Source: the human T2T-CHM13v2.0 reference genome, Homo sapiens | Assembly (NCBI RefSeq): GCF_009914755.1 | Contig: NC_060947.1 | Direction: 5' to 3' (one strand) | DNA: 64,000 bases | Part shown: piece by piece, positions 21,180 through 37,590 of the stretch | Layout of the letters: each line of letters begins with the position of its first letter | Numbering within the stretch: position 1 is the stretch's first letter | Notes under the pieces: generated by a model | What the model saw: the letters and a program-made list of their open reading frames with translations, nothing else | Told to the model about the DNA's origin: nothing | Databases searched by the model: none | Translations under genes and position numbers: made by a program

Positions 21180-22308
21180 GCCCTGGGCTCAACAAGCAGG
21201 GTTTACTTACTAAACTTGAGTAGAGAAGGGGGAAGAGAAAGGGTCTTTAAACAGAACCATGGGAACAACAGAGCCTACATTTCTTTTATATTAACTCACA
21301 CTCTGGACAGCAGGAGAGAGGCTACTTCATCTAGAGCTAAAATCATCTGGCACTTAATCATCTTCAGACATTTTTATGTTTTCATACTTATAAGCTTGTC
21401 ATGACTGACTACCGAGTTTCTTCTTATTTTCCCCCAGTGGTGTGCACTAACTAAGAAGAAATTTTCAGATGTCAGGGCACATGTGCCACTTTTTCAATTC
21501 AGTGACCCGGCTGCTCCATCCCTGGCTCCTGTCACTGAGGAGTGCAGTGTGAGAGCAGATTGGAGGCTGCCAAACTTGGGGGGCATAGGGTGCCATTGCT
21601 TATTATTCACTTTCCTAGGGAGGCTCTGATGGCCCTGTGTGCAAACACAGAAAGACTCTGATGCCTCCTCAACCACAGTTTAGCTTTCCCCTGCGCTCAC
21701 AAGAGGTTTGCAGGGTGCACTTATTTCGGCATGAGGTTGATTGGATGGCTTTTGTGGTGCAAAATATGACTGTGACTCTGTCCTGAAACTTAATGCCTTT
21801 TTCAGTTTGATTGTCTACGTGGAGATCAGGGTGATAAGTTTCAATAAACATATAGACGCCCCCCCACCCACCCCCATTAGCTAGAAAAGACCAGGACTGG
21901 GTTGCTTTAAATGAACCAAGCTTGACCAACAAACAAGACAGCCATTTGTTCACTCAGATCTAGCCGAGGTAACTCACAAGTGCACCTTGAGATCCTCCAT
22001 GTGTCTGTCAACAGCGATAGGCAGGATCTGCGCCCAGCTCATGCTGCATTCTAAGAACTCTCATTTCATTTGCATATAAAATTCATTACAGGAAGTAATT
22101 AACTGAAGGAACAGCATCATCAAAGGCTCAAGGATAATGGAAAGTAAGTGCATCTTGCCCCCCACCAGTCAATTCAGATCGTGGTTTGTGGTTGGTTTGG
22201 TTTTGTTTAAAGGAAGTCCGACTCTGTTCCAAACACCAAGAACATATAAACTAAAAGGATCTATCCAAAATCTAAAAGGCAGTCTTGCCAGTTGCTATGG
22301 CCCATAAT

Positions 22309-22342
<34 letters not shown>
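22309..22342. repeat. (CA)n microsatellite
   Basis: Direct reading. Confidence 0.95.
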
Positions 22343-22348
<6 letters not shown>

Positions 22349-23654
22349 GCTACTTTTTGCCATTTAGGTTCTGTGTTTGACCAGCTTTCAATTAACCTTG
22401 CTGGGGGAGAGCATAAGAACCTGGGTAAATGGCATACTGAAAGAGCTTCAGAATAATCATTGCGACCCCTCCCTGCCCCCACCCCCCACGAAGCTTATAG
22501 GCACTAACTATTCTTGTCAGCTCAATTTTCTAAGCAGAGCAAGAGCAGTGATTCATTTGATTTTTGTATGCCTGATTTCTGGGAGGTTGGGGAGGAAGAC
22601 AAAGCACTGAGCAAAGAAAACCTGCTGACCAATGATGGAAAGTTAATTGTCTACTGTCTTCAAGAGGCAAAAAGAACAGTTGAATGAAATTGTAGCCTGC
22701 TTCACAAAGAGAGTTCCCCAGCCCCTTCCTACTTCACCCCTCACCCAATAGATTCAATGGTCAACCTCCTGGAGGATGCAGTAAGGTTCCAGAGACAAGC
22801 AGATCTCAACTTTGATAGGTCATATTGCCCAATGAGAAGCCACCTTTTAGCTCAACTGCCCACACTCCAGCTGGACAGAGCAGCTGAAAAACCACACTAA
22901 GTACTGAGAAAACTTGGGCCTCTCACAAGAGAAGCCCTAGGCCTAGGCCCTTTGTTGTTATAGTTCTGAATCTGAGACTTCTGGAAACAGGCCAGGCCCA
23001 CCAACTCCCTTGCAACCAGCACTTCGACACTTAAAATAATAAAACAGCTAGGCTCAGTTGCTTTTGAAAGTACTAGAACTACTTGGTGTGAAGTTCTTAA
23101 CCAAATTCCAAATTCCAGGGATTTTGCCCAAAATAAAATCAATTCATCCCTGGCCTCAGTTTATATATGAATGCCACATTTGTCTGCTCCAGACTTAGAA
23201 TTCCAAAAAACAGACATTTTCCTCTGTAGTAAATGAAGGAGCGTTTGTGCTTTTGCTTAGCAAAAATGAAAGGACACCAGGGTCTCCTTGGGAACCATTA
23301 TGACTGGTTGAACGTTAAAGCTGAGTATGGGACTCACATAGTATAGGCCTTGTTACTTCTGTGGACTTTTCTGGAAGTTTCTTGTTTACTACTTCTAATG
23401 GGTTTTGCCTCTCCCCTCACCTTGCTACCTCTGGAGGTTTTCCCAAAAGATTCTGAACCTGAATTCTCAGACACCTTGATGTTTGTCAGTTACCTTTAGT
23501 CTTGTTTTCCTCTACAATACTCTATATGCCTGGAATTTTTAGAATATCTTCTACATCATCACTGTGGCCCACGCAGTGGTGTTCCCATTAGCACAAGAGG
23601 ATTTGGGGCAGAAATCATATGGTCAGAGAGAACATTTAAGACCGGAAGTATTCA

Positions 23655-23798
23655 TTTAATTTTTTAAATTAATTTTTTGTAAAGATGGGGGTTTTGCTAT
23701 GTTGCCCACGCTGGTCTTGAACTCCTGAGCTCAAGCGATCCTCTCGCCTTGGCCTCCCAAAGTGCTGGGATTAAAGGAGTAAGCCACTGCACCTGGCC
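23655..23798 (-). mobile_element. Alu left monomer/FLAM in the NHSL2 3'UTR
   Basis: Antisense monomer ending ...gagccactgcacctggcc. Confidence 0.8.
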
Positions 23799-26407
23799 TC
23801 ATTTAATATTTTGCAACAGGTAGACGTCCCAAATAAACAACCAAACTGTAAAATTTCTACTAATCACTAATTAACAGAACACAAAGCATCTTCCCCAATC
23901 CTAACACTCAACCTCTCTCCTACCTTTGATTATCATAACTCCACTCTCTCTCCCACCCAGGCACTTACCACAATGTTTGCTGCCTTCTGCACCTACGCTG
24001 CTGAGACTGGAGAAGAGAGGCTGAAAGCCCCTCTCAGAAAGGCTTGCAGAGAACCCACCACTACTACAATTACTAGTATAAATAATAATGATAATAATTT
24101 TTGAAGGTGGAATAGAGAAGAGATTTGAGTGAAATGAAGTTGGCCCTAGGAGCTCAGCTTCCATTTCAAGTCGTCCCTATCCTCTTTTTTCCTCCCCATT
24201 CCAGTTAGTAGCAACAGATGGCTCTGCTAGCCTGACTTTGATCTAGTCACCATCCCCAGGAGCGGAGGTTAATTGTTAACCAAGGATGCTTTGCATTTGG
24301 TGGGTAGTCAGTACATGTTTTTGAGGGTAGTTATTCTTGGTACAATAGCAAGCTTTGCTGGTGTCTCCTCTCCTTATCCTGTACTACTTGGCCTGCCTCA
24401 GCTCCTGACTGGGCCTCCCCCACCAGCCCCAACTTATTCCTCAGCCCCAACTTATCCCTCAGCCCCAAATCCCATGAACTGCATCCCTAGCACAACAACT
24501 CACCCATAAAGGAAGTGAGACAACAGGAAGCAAAATAATTAATGTTAGCTTAATGACCACAAACTGACCAGTTGATCTGGATAAATTACCTTGAACGTGC
24601 AAAGACAGAGGAGATCCTACCAGGCTCTCCTAACAAGCACTGCACCTGACATCCAGTGTAACTATCTGGACAACACAGACCCGATTGCAGTCTCTCTGTA
24701 CCTGTCAGTCTGAGCAGATCTGTCCACGCACCTGCCCTCTTCCTCATCAATGAACAAGTTGGGAAAAAGATGAGTTCATGCTCAGTGCTCTGTTCCTCAC
24801 TCGTTCCACCTTCCATTATCAAGTCTGTGACACAATGGTGAGCTTTCGCTTTAATATGATTTGCTAGGGCCAGGACTAGGGTGAGGTGAGCGAGGCACCT
24901 AGGGCGCAAAATTCAAAGAGGTGCCCGCTCTCAGGGCCATGCAAGTGCCTTACCCTCGTCCCAGCCCTGTGATTTGCACTCTTTAAAGTAATATCAGTTT
25001 ATCTTCTTCCTATGAACAAGTATAGTCCTTCTGATTTGGGGTCGGGGGTTAACTCCCTATCTCTTGTTGCACCAAATATTTTATTGCTACCTATTTTTCC
25101 ATTGCTATAAGTCTTTGTGTGCCTATACATTAAAGAATCTTTAATAGTGTTAATATCGGAAAACATAGTTGATTTCTAAGTAATATGCTCCAGGTGGCAA
25201 GTTAACACCCATTTCAGCAGGGATGCTCCCAAGGCCAGCCCTTCAACAAAAGAGTGACTGAGTTGACGGTCTGTCACCAGGATCCTCCCTCTCCTCTTTC
25301 TGCTCCATTCTCCTAAACCTTGCTTCCCAGCACCAACTCTCTTCAGTGCCTCCTACTTCCTTCTCCTCCTAAGAAAAACCTGCTCTCAGGAAAGGGATAA
25401 ATTCATTTACTTTGAGATTATAAGGCTTAATGCTACCTCTTTTGAGGGTCAGTTGCATTTTAACAAGGGAAAAGCCTTAAGCCAATGGAATGAAGTTCTA
25501 CTTGCAGAATGTTAGGCATCAACTAGTTGTAGAAGTGTATTTTTCACCATGGAAAGGCCAAATTCCCTGACGCCTAACTCCAGAATATAGAAAATATCTT
25601 AATCGCCTGGAATCATTTGAGTTACTAGCTGATGGTCAATTAAATTGTCCTGATATCCAATGCTATTCAATATGGTTACTACCAAGGGACTCTCAGAAAT
25701 GGCTACTAAAAGCCACTGAGAAGGCCTAGATCATTCATATTGTACATTGACATTTTTACATAAATGGAATTAATACTACTTACCATTTGAGTAAAGAACA
25801 CAAGGAATTGAAGAGTCTGTGAAAATATGTCCTGTTTGTGAAAGGTGAAACTGTCCAATCCATGTCCAATCAATGTCAGTCGTCCAGTATTGGTGGTGAT
25901 TATTAAACTTATTGGAGGTACAACTTTACCTCCAATAAGCTTACCTTTACAAGCTTCTGCTTTCCCTGCTTCATCTCTGTTATGGGCTATCAGTCCAGCT
26001 TGGTGTGAAAATGAGACTATATCTATACCACAGCCCCCAATCCTTTCAAAGGCTTTGCATGTATTTCAGCTACAAGTGACAAGGATATTAAGGATTTAAA
26101 AGGATAAGAGAGTGGGAAAGATGTATAAGGAAGTGCCTTTGTCAAAAGGCAGCAAAAAGTATAATGATATAAACATAATATGAAATAAGCAAATTTTAGA
26201 ATACTTTGAAACAGATTTATAGAGGAATACATAGTAAATAGTTATAGACACACATTTGGGGCATTTTTAATAAGGTTAGCAAGAAGAAATTTGCATGAGT
26301 AATGAGCAATGTGAAATGGGCATTATACTTTTGTTCAGTAAAGCCCAAAATCTAGGCCAATGGTTCTCAAAGTGCAGTTCCAGGAGCAGCAACAGCAGCA
26401 TCCCTGG

Positions 26408-26434
26408 AGAGGGAGAAAGAGAGAGAGAGAGAGA

Positions 26435-26472
<38 letters not shown>
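26408..26472. repeat. Compound (GA)n(GT)n microsatellite next to a MER5-like fragment
   Basis: Direct reading; preceded by caatggttctcaaagtg. Confidence 0.9.
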
Positions 26473-26474
<2 letters not shown>

Positions 26475-28601
26475 ATTCCAGTGATGTTACTCCTTCAAGC
26501 CCCTGAATCACTATAGCCACGACTCTCCAACTGATTCCAACCTTTACCATTATTCTGGCTCTCATCATAAGGACCAGTCTCTGGCCAAGAGGTGTATATT
26601 GTTATCTTGGTCAGGCATATGTTTGCTTGGTTTTAAGAAATTATCAGATTGAGGAGTCTCATGTTTTATGGGACTCCGGTGCATATGCTCGAAAAAAATT
26701 AAAAAGAACTTATCATATTGGATCAACAAATTGCTCAACCTGCAAAATCTTTGATTAGACTTAGCCAGCCCATCTGGCCTGCTTTGGGTTTAAAAAAAAA
26801 AAAAAGATTTTTTTTAACTCACAAATGGAAAAAAGGGAAAGGTGTTAAGTTTGTTTGGTATTGCCAGCTCTTAAATACCTGTCTTTACCGTGGTGGCTGT
26901 TCTCCAGTAAGGCTCTGGCAGAAGTATATTTGATTTTAAGATTTTTGCCTAAATAGTAGAATTTGATAGCAACGAACTCCAAAACAAAATCTGAACTGGA
27001 ACAACTAGTTAACCCCTCTCAGCCTCTTTGTAATGCCAAGCTTTATAGACATTTATTCCTTAGGTGGTCTTGAGCTTTTTCTAACATCCAATTTTATAAA
27101 ATGTTGTGCATGCAAACGCAGCATTGTGCTCATTGTACAAGTCACCTCAAACTCATTCCTTCCCCCATGTGTATCATGGCGAAGAAATATCAATATATGT
27201 ATGTGCTGAGGTCTTCTGATGAATTGTAAATTACAAACCTTTTCATTCATTTTTAAATGAGATATATTTACCCTGGCTAGTGGTTAAAGTTTTATTCTTT
27301 TTATTATATTTCATTGCTACTTTTTTCTACTGACTCCAAACCTTACTTTGGGCTATATTTCTTATTTCTAGATTGTTGTATTTATCTTATTTCTATATTT
27401 ATCTGCAGTCTTGGAATGTTAGAGCTGAAAGGGACCAACCTCTCTCATTTCACACATGAGGAAGCTGAGGCCCAGAAAGGTCAAATAACTTATATACAAG
27501 GTCACACAGTGAGTCAGTGGTGGGGCCCAGCCTCAATTCCAGGTCTCCTGCCCTTGGGCCCAATCTGGTTTCATTTAAAGCACTACAATTTATAGAAGAC
27601 CCACAGCTGGCTTCTACTTTTATGACACATGAATTTCCCAGGTATTTCAATGAACTAATATATATGCTTTAAGGGAAAATGTTCAAGAGTTCTTTAATTC
27701 ATTAATCCAAAGACAAATTGGATTTTCAGTTTATAAACATTAGTTTCCCTCCAAATTCAATATGTGCACCCTACTTAGTACAATGGATGTTTTCCCTAAA
27801 AGTTGTGTGAAAAATGAGTTTTTTAGATATCAAGTATCATTTTTTAGAGGTAAACTTCCTATGTAAGGGAACCTTCTGGTGACTTCTTTTTGAAAAACCG
27901 AGATTCCTCTTGTCATTGTCCCATAATGTCTCTACTTTTTTTAGTGCAAACTTTTGTATTTGGTGTTTATTTAAAAGTAGGGTACAACCCAACCAATATT
28001 AGCTTTCCCAGAGTCTACTTTAGCCTTCCCTTCTTAATCTTTATGAGAAATTTTCAGACTGTTAAATGCTCATGAGATATTTAGTTGTGTTCTAGAAATT
28101 TCACCTGGCTTGATATTCTGTCAATCCCTGGGCTCAAATTCCAGCTCCATCTTATCAAACAATAACAGAATTCCCTAATCAGTACTAAGCTCCGCATGCA
28201 GTCTCTTTTCCAGAACATTCTTTGCCTAATGTTCCTTAGTGTGGCTCTCTCTTTAGTTGGGGCCTCCTTCCTTAGTACATGCATACCTTACTATTCTGTG
28301 GAATTGCAAGCCATGCATCTTTTAGAGCCACACTAGTCAAATTGATTGGCATTTCCATTTATTTTCCATTGTTCCCTTGTTTCTCCTGGACTTCCTCTCG
28401 TTTCTCTTTTCGAGGATGCTTAGAGGCTTCTCACCAGAGATTGGTGAGGTTTCCCCCATCATCTAGATGGGAGATTGACAAATTCTGTAAAGGTTAAGAC
28501 AGTAACTATTTTAGGCTTTGTGGGCTACATGTGGTCTCTGTAGCACATTCTTCTTTGTTGTTGCTGTTTGTTCATTCGTTTGTTTTGCAACCTTTGGATA
28601 A

Positions 28602-28912
<311 letters not shown>

Positions 28913-31713
28913 AATATAAACTATTCTTAGCTCATGGGCTATGCAAAGCCTTAGGCTGACCCCTGATCCAGACTGTCTTCTGAGACAAGCATTTCTGTGA
29001 GCTGCCCCATGTGATAACTGAGTTGTGCAGTAGCTGATGTGGTTTATTGCCTTCCCATCTACTGCATTGTCAGACCAGACTGACTGCACAGGAGCAGGTG
29101 GAGGGGGGCTGCATATGCCAACCATTACTCTTCAATAGAGTGTCCTTCATGAGCTCTCTCTCTCTCTCATTACTGACTACCTCAGTGTAGAAACCCTCAT
29201 TTTTTTCCCCAGACCTATCCTTGTTACCCAATGTGCCTCTGCTTCCCTGGGTTTGGGATAAACTGGAAGGAGAGAATTTCTGAGTTCTCTTACTTATTTT
29301 GTTCCATAACTTCTCCCTCATATCTGTGGTTGGAGACTCCCACCCTTGTCCACCCTTTCCTGCCTCATACTAGTATCATGAGTTTAGGGCTGTCGCTGGA
29401 AAGTCTGGCAGCCCAGGCCATAGGATTCCAGTTCAGCCTACGATTTCCTAGGGAAATCACCAAGTTCCAAAGGCTGGTTTTTAAACCTAGAATATCCATG
29501 TATCCATTTCCTAATGCAGTTTGGACCTGTTCTAGACAGAGCACTCAGCCTTAGCAAGAAAACCAATGAGGTGCAGAAGATATTCTGTGCCCACAGTTTT
29601 TCCCTGCCTTCTGGACCCTCAGCCCCTGGGATGGGCTCCTTGGGATTGCCCATGCAACAACACAGCCACAAGACATTCAGCACACCACCTCCTCCTGTGT
29701 TTTGAATCTCTAAATGAATTCTGTTCTAAAGCTTCTTCACGTCTCTCTCCATCCTGCTCCCATCTCCACCTCTAATGCTTCTTGGGAGTCTGAAGCTCAG
29801 ATTCACATTTTCACATTTTCTCGTATAAACGTTGTGGGATAAGAATGGATGATATGTATGTGTCTGTGTGAGTTTGGTTTCTCAACCTGGACTGTGAGGG
29901 CTAATTCACAAATCACACCATACATGCGCGTGTGCATGCGCGCACGCACACACACACACACACACACACACAGTCCAGCACCCTCATCAGTTCTCTGGTT
30001 TAGGTCCAGATCTGATGGGACTGGTCAAGAAGGGGATGGTGGGGGCTCCTGAAGCATTTGCCCTTTCTTGCCTCTTGAGACCTTCTTTCCATTGGCAATT
30101 CAAAACAGGCTGACATACAGAGGGCTAGCACTCTAATTTGATGTGGACTCAGCCACTCAGACCTAGGTCTCAGGCTGCAGCTTATCCTAGCTCAGCAAAT
30201 TGCTTCTTAGAATCTTTAGCTTGATTTCTGTCATTTGAGCCCAGGGATCTACCCACTTACTGAAATCTAAATTTTAAAAAATCAGTGATGAAAGTAATTT
30301 TCAGGATTTCCCTATTTAAAAGCATCCATGAAACAGTTCCTTTATGCCTTCTGTTTAGGATTTCCAGAATTAGGAAGGGAAACCAGGCTTGTGCCTTGGA
30401 TCCAAAAGCAGCAAAAATACTACACTTGCCAAAAGCAAACTGAGGAATGAGCATTGGCCAGTCCTAGTATGAAGTCAAGAGGTGGACTTTTGTTAAGTTA
30501 GCCCTTACCATTTAGTGCTTACTGAATGCCAACAATGCACTTAGAAAAATAAGGGAGACAAGAATTTACAGACCATACCCTAAACTGGAAGGTACAGGAA
30601 AGACACATCTCCTAGAGCTGGGAATGTGTCCCTAACATTTCAAGAAGAAGCAGAAAGTAGGAGAGATCACGATCTCAGTCTTTTTAGGATTCCAACACAA
30701 AATGGAAGGGAGCCCTCTGTGGGGTGATATTACAAAGGGTTTTTCTTGTCTTTCTTTAAAAAAAAAAGGCATTCCTTACTGGCTTGCTACCAGCAATTGA
30801 ACTGTATTCTTTATATAGCTAGAGCTGTTTGTGTCTTCTTAAAATAAACTTTTTCTGTTAAAATCATTTTCTGTTTCACCCTCTGGTTTTCATTGTAGCA
30901 ATGATACTTTTATTCAGACACTCAGCCCAGTTTTGAGCATGTTTAACCATCCACACGAGTATGGGGCCCACACACATTGGCTTTGATGCTCACGAACCTG
31001 AGAGCTCAAAACAGCTATGTGGCACAGAATGTCCTGCAGAAACCTGGCCCACTGAGCCATGGGCCTAAAGGCAGGTAACCCATGTTCTGGGACTTCATTT
31101 CAGGGATTTGAGTCCAGCTGTTCATGGAGTCAACAAGGGGGAGTGAGCAGCCATCACCAGGCCTGAGGGGAGGAGGCAGCCTTAGCAACTATCCCCAGGG
31201 CAAAAACTCCCTCTGTGTTCTCTAGCTCAATAAAGTCACCCAGCAAGGCAGACCAGAGTGAGTCTGGGCTGGGAGGGAAAAATCCCAGACCAAATGTGGT
31301 CCAGATCATTTCCATCCCTCAAGAAGGGTATGGTCCCACCATGCAGATGGTGACAGCCATATTTGAGAGTCAAATCTCATCAAAAGAAGAAAGGAACTTT
31401 GTTCTCTATTCCCAACTGTCCCAGGCGTCTAAGGCTGAGGTTCTTGTAGCCAGCATCCCTGTCTCCCCAGGCCCCTGACACCACCCGGCTGCTCTTCCAA
31501 AAGATACACCAGAACTGGAAATAGCTAGAAAACCTACAAGGGAAGGGAGAGGGGCCAGGGCCACCCTCAGACAATAGCATGTGTTTAAGTTGGAGATGAA
31601 GGTCAGAAAAGGAAGCTAGCTCGAGGTGGGCCTCATGGCAAGCAGTCCCTTGGTAGAACCCTGCAGTTCAGGGTCTGGTGTTCACTCCAGCAGGTTCAGA
31701 ACTCCTTTGTACC

Positions 31714-32024
31714 TGTCTTAGTTCATTTTCTGTTGCTATAACAGAATACCATAGACCGAGTAATTAATAAAGAAAAGAAATCCACTTGTTTCTTACAGTT
31801 CTGGAGGCTGAAAAGTCCAAGGACACGTTGCTGCATCTGGAGAGGGCCTTCTTACTGAGTCATAACAGGGTGGGGGACATCACATGGCAAGAGAGCAAGA
31901 GCATGCCATCCTAGGTCTCTCTTCTTCTTATAAAGCCACCAGTCCATCATGCCCGCACCACCCCCCCCCCACTGCCACCGAAGACCAACACACAAATTTT
32001 GAAGGACACATTCAAACCACAGCA
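31714..32024 (-). mobile_element. Solo MST-type MaLR LTR
   Basis: Begins tgtcttagttcattttctgttgctataacagaatacc and ends caaaccacagca; near-TSD gtacc/gtgcc. Confidence 0.8.
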
Positions 32025-32193
32025 GTGCCACACCACCATAAGCTGATGAAGCTTTTAAGGATTTACTCACACTGACCAAACTCACAAAAGACAGGTCCTG
32101 GTATGTTAATTAACAGAAGAGAGAATATACCTCTCAAACAAAGGTCATAAACAGGAGGGCTGCAGGCTGAATTGAATTCACATACATTATCTA

Positions 32194-33760
<1,567 letters not shown>

Positions 33761-35000
33761 CCCAATTCCCTCACCTCCTCCTTACTTAAGACCAATTACA
33801 CTTCATTTTATTAGGTTTGTAGCTTTCTTCAATTGTCACCATCTTAGGACACGTGCTAGTAGACTTTAAATAGACTTCAGTGTTTCATAAGCCTCATTAG
33901 TGCCTATTAATAAACTCTCTCCAAGGACATGTCATGTCACATATGCAAATGGCTAAATCAGTCCATCACAAAATACCATGAATAAAATGTCACTAGCATC
34001 TATCAGGCACCTACAATTGGCCAGGCATCGTGTGCTCCTCCATCCACTTGTTTTATGCTTCCATTCAACAAACGTCTAATGAGCTCCTACAACATGCTGG
34101 GCAGAGCATTAGGAGCTGAGGGTAGAGTAGTGACTGAGGGAGACACCATGCCTGCCCTTATGGAGCTTACCATCCAGTGGAGCCACTGCTGAGACCAATT
34201 CACATGGCATCCCTGGGAACCAGGACCAATGGTCCTCATGTTCCTGTTATCTAAGGGCCACTACCCTGGCTATGAACTCCTCTGGTCAGCACTTACTTCG
34301 TACTCTGCTCTGCTACCCAATTTTCCCTGCTCCTCTTCCTCCCATCGTTTTCAACTGTGCCTTCCTGGAACCCCAGTTCCAGGGTGTCTTAGTCCATTTT
34401 GTGTTGATAGAATATATGAGACTGGGTAATTTATAAAGAAAGGAGGTTTCTTTAGCTGACAGTTCTGCAAGCTGAGAAATTCAAGGGCATGGCCTTGGCT
34501 TCTAGCAAGGGCTTTTGTGCTGTGTCACAACATGGTGAAGAAGGTCCAAGGGGAAGTGGATACGTGCAAAGAAGACAAAACCTGAGTGGCATCCTGGCTT
34601 TATAACAACACACTGTCACAAGAATTGATCCATTCCTGAGAGAACTCATCCAGTCTCACCAGAGTGAGAACTTACTATCACCAGATCAGCACCAAGCCAT
34701 TCATGATGGAGCTGCTCCCACGATTCACACACCTCCCACTAGCCCCACCTCCCAACATTTGGAGATCAAATTTCAACATGAGTTTTGGTGCAGACAAACA
34801 AACTACATCTAAATCGTAATATTCCAACCCTGGGCCCCCCAAAACTAGTGTCCTTCTCACATGCAACCTACAATAATTCTATCCCAATAGCCCCAAAAGT
34901 CTTAACTTGTTCCAGCACCAATGTAAAAGTCCAGTCTCATCTGAGACCCAAGGCAAGTTCCTAACAGCTATAAGTCTGTAAAATTAAAAATCAAGTTATT

Positions 35001-35449
<449 letters not shown>

Positions 35450-36757
35450 TTAAAGCTCCAAACTAATCTTTTACTCTGTGTACCACTTCCTAGGCACACT
35501 GGTGCAAGGAGTGGGCTCCCAAGGCCTCGAGCAGCCTTGCCCCATGGCTTTGCTGAATACCACCCATGTGGGTGCTCTCACAGGTTGGAGTTGAATGCCT
35601 GTGGCTTTTCCAGGCTGAAGTTGCACACTGCCAGGTGGGTCTATAATTGTGGGGTCCCCATGGCAGCCCTACTCCCATGGCTCCACTAGGCATTGCCTCA
35701 TGAACACTTTCTGTGGAGGTTCTGCCCCTGCAGCAGTCTTCTGCAGAGGCTTTCCAATACATCCTCTGAAATCTAGGTGGAAACTGCCAAGCCTCCATGG
35801 CTCTTGCATTCTGGGCTCTCACAGACTTAATACCACATGGAAGTCACCAAGGCTTATGGCTTACACTCTCTGAAGTGATGGCCCAAGCAGTACCGGGAGC
35901 CATTGAACTTCAACCAGAGTCAGAAACAATGTAGCAGTGATGTGAGGAGCAGCGTCCTGAGGTGGAGCAGGGGCAGCAGTGTTCAGGCCTTACCCCAGAA
36001 ACCATTCTGTCCTCTTAGGCCTCCAGGCATGTGATGGGAAAAGCAGCCTCGAAGATTTCTGAAATGCCTTCAGGGTCTTTTTCTCCATTGTCTTGGCTTT
36101 AGCACCTGGCAACTTTGGTTTCCTCTCCTGAAAATGCTCTTTTCTTCTATGCCATTTGGCCAGGCTATGCATTTTCCAAATTTTTCTGCTGTGTTTCCGT
36201 TTTCTCCAGAAATTCACCATAAGCAGTTGGAAGTAATCATGCAGCAGCCTGAATACTTTGCTGCTTAGAAATTTCTTCCACCAGGTATTCTATTAAATTC
36301 CATCTGAGATGGAGCAGGGATTTCCTGCCCCTGCCAGTTCAATTCTATAATAAGCCTTCCACAGAGCATTTGGGCATAGATGTAGTTCGTCCAAGTTCTT
36401 TGTCAATTTAAGACAAGGATGGCCTTTACTCCAGTTTCCAACATGTTGTTCCTCATTTCCATCTGGAACCTCACTAGAATGGCCTTTACTGTCCATATTT
36501 CCATCAACATTCTGGTCAGGACCATTTAACCAATCTCTGAGGAGTTCCAGACCTTCCATAGTCGTCTTGTCTAATAAGCCCTCATCAGAATCTTGGTTTT
36601 TTCTAGCCTGCTCTTCCAAATTCTTCCAACCTCTGCCCATTACCCATTTCCAAAGCTGCTTCCACATTTTTAGGCATTTCTTATCACCAACACTGTACTT
36701 CTCAGTATCAATTTTCTGTCTTAGTCTGTTTTGTGTTGCTATAAAAGAATACCTGAG

Positions 36758-37590
36758 TTTTTCCGTCCACTACCCCCATCCCCCCAGCACCACTTTGGCT
36801 GCCCTGCGCTCACTCTGAGCTCTGGGCTCCTGCTAATCTAGCGCCGCCATTGTCTCCCTTCAGCCGTCATCATGATTATCTACTGGGACCTCATCAGCCA
36901 CAGTGAGATGTTCTCTGACAGTTACATGAGCCAGGAAATTGCAGACGGGCTGCGCCTGGAGGTGGAAGGGAAGATAGTCAGTAGGACAGAAGGTAACATT
37001 TTTGACTCGCTCATTGGTGGAAATGCCTCCGCTGAAGGCCCTGAGGGCAAAGGTACCAAAAGCACAGTAATCACTGGTGTCGATAGTGTCATGAATCATC
37101 ACCTGCAAGAAACAAGCTTCACAAAAGAAGCCTACAATAAGTGCATCAAAGATTACATGAAATCAATCAAAGGCAAACTGGAAGAACAGAGACCAAAAAG
37201 AGTAAAACCTTTTATGACAGGAGCTGCAGAACAGATCAAGCACATCCTTGCTAATTTCAAAAACTACCAGAAAACATGAATCCAGATGGCATGGTTGCTC
37301 TGCGGACTACTGTGAGGATGGTGTGACCCGATATATGATTTTCTTTAAGGATGGTTTAGAAATGGAAAAATGTTAACAAATTTGGCAATTACTTTGGATC
37401 TATCACCTGTCATCATAACTGGCTTCTGTTTGTCATCCACATAACACCAGGACTTAAGACAAATGGGACTGATATCATCTTGAGTTCTTCATTATTTTGA
37501 CTGATTTATTTGGAGTGGAGGCATTGTTTTTTAGAAAAACATGTCATGTAGGTTGTCTAAAAGTAAAATGCATTTAAACTTAAAAAAAAA
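36758..37590 (+). pseudogene. Full-length processed copy of TPT1 (TCTP); TPT1-like locus FLJ44635; 135-aa ORF at 36872-37279
   Basis: Intronless [16 protein letters not shown]...LIGGNASAE...[10 protein letters not shown] homology. Retains the 5' pyrimidine (TOP) leader, the 3'UTR and an A-tail, with TSD AATACCTGAG at 36748-36757 and 37589-37598. A 13-nt deletion after Q133 frameshifts the C-terminus; the ancestral stop is at 37374-37376. Confidence 0.95.
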
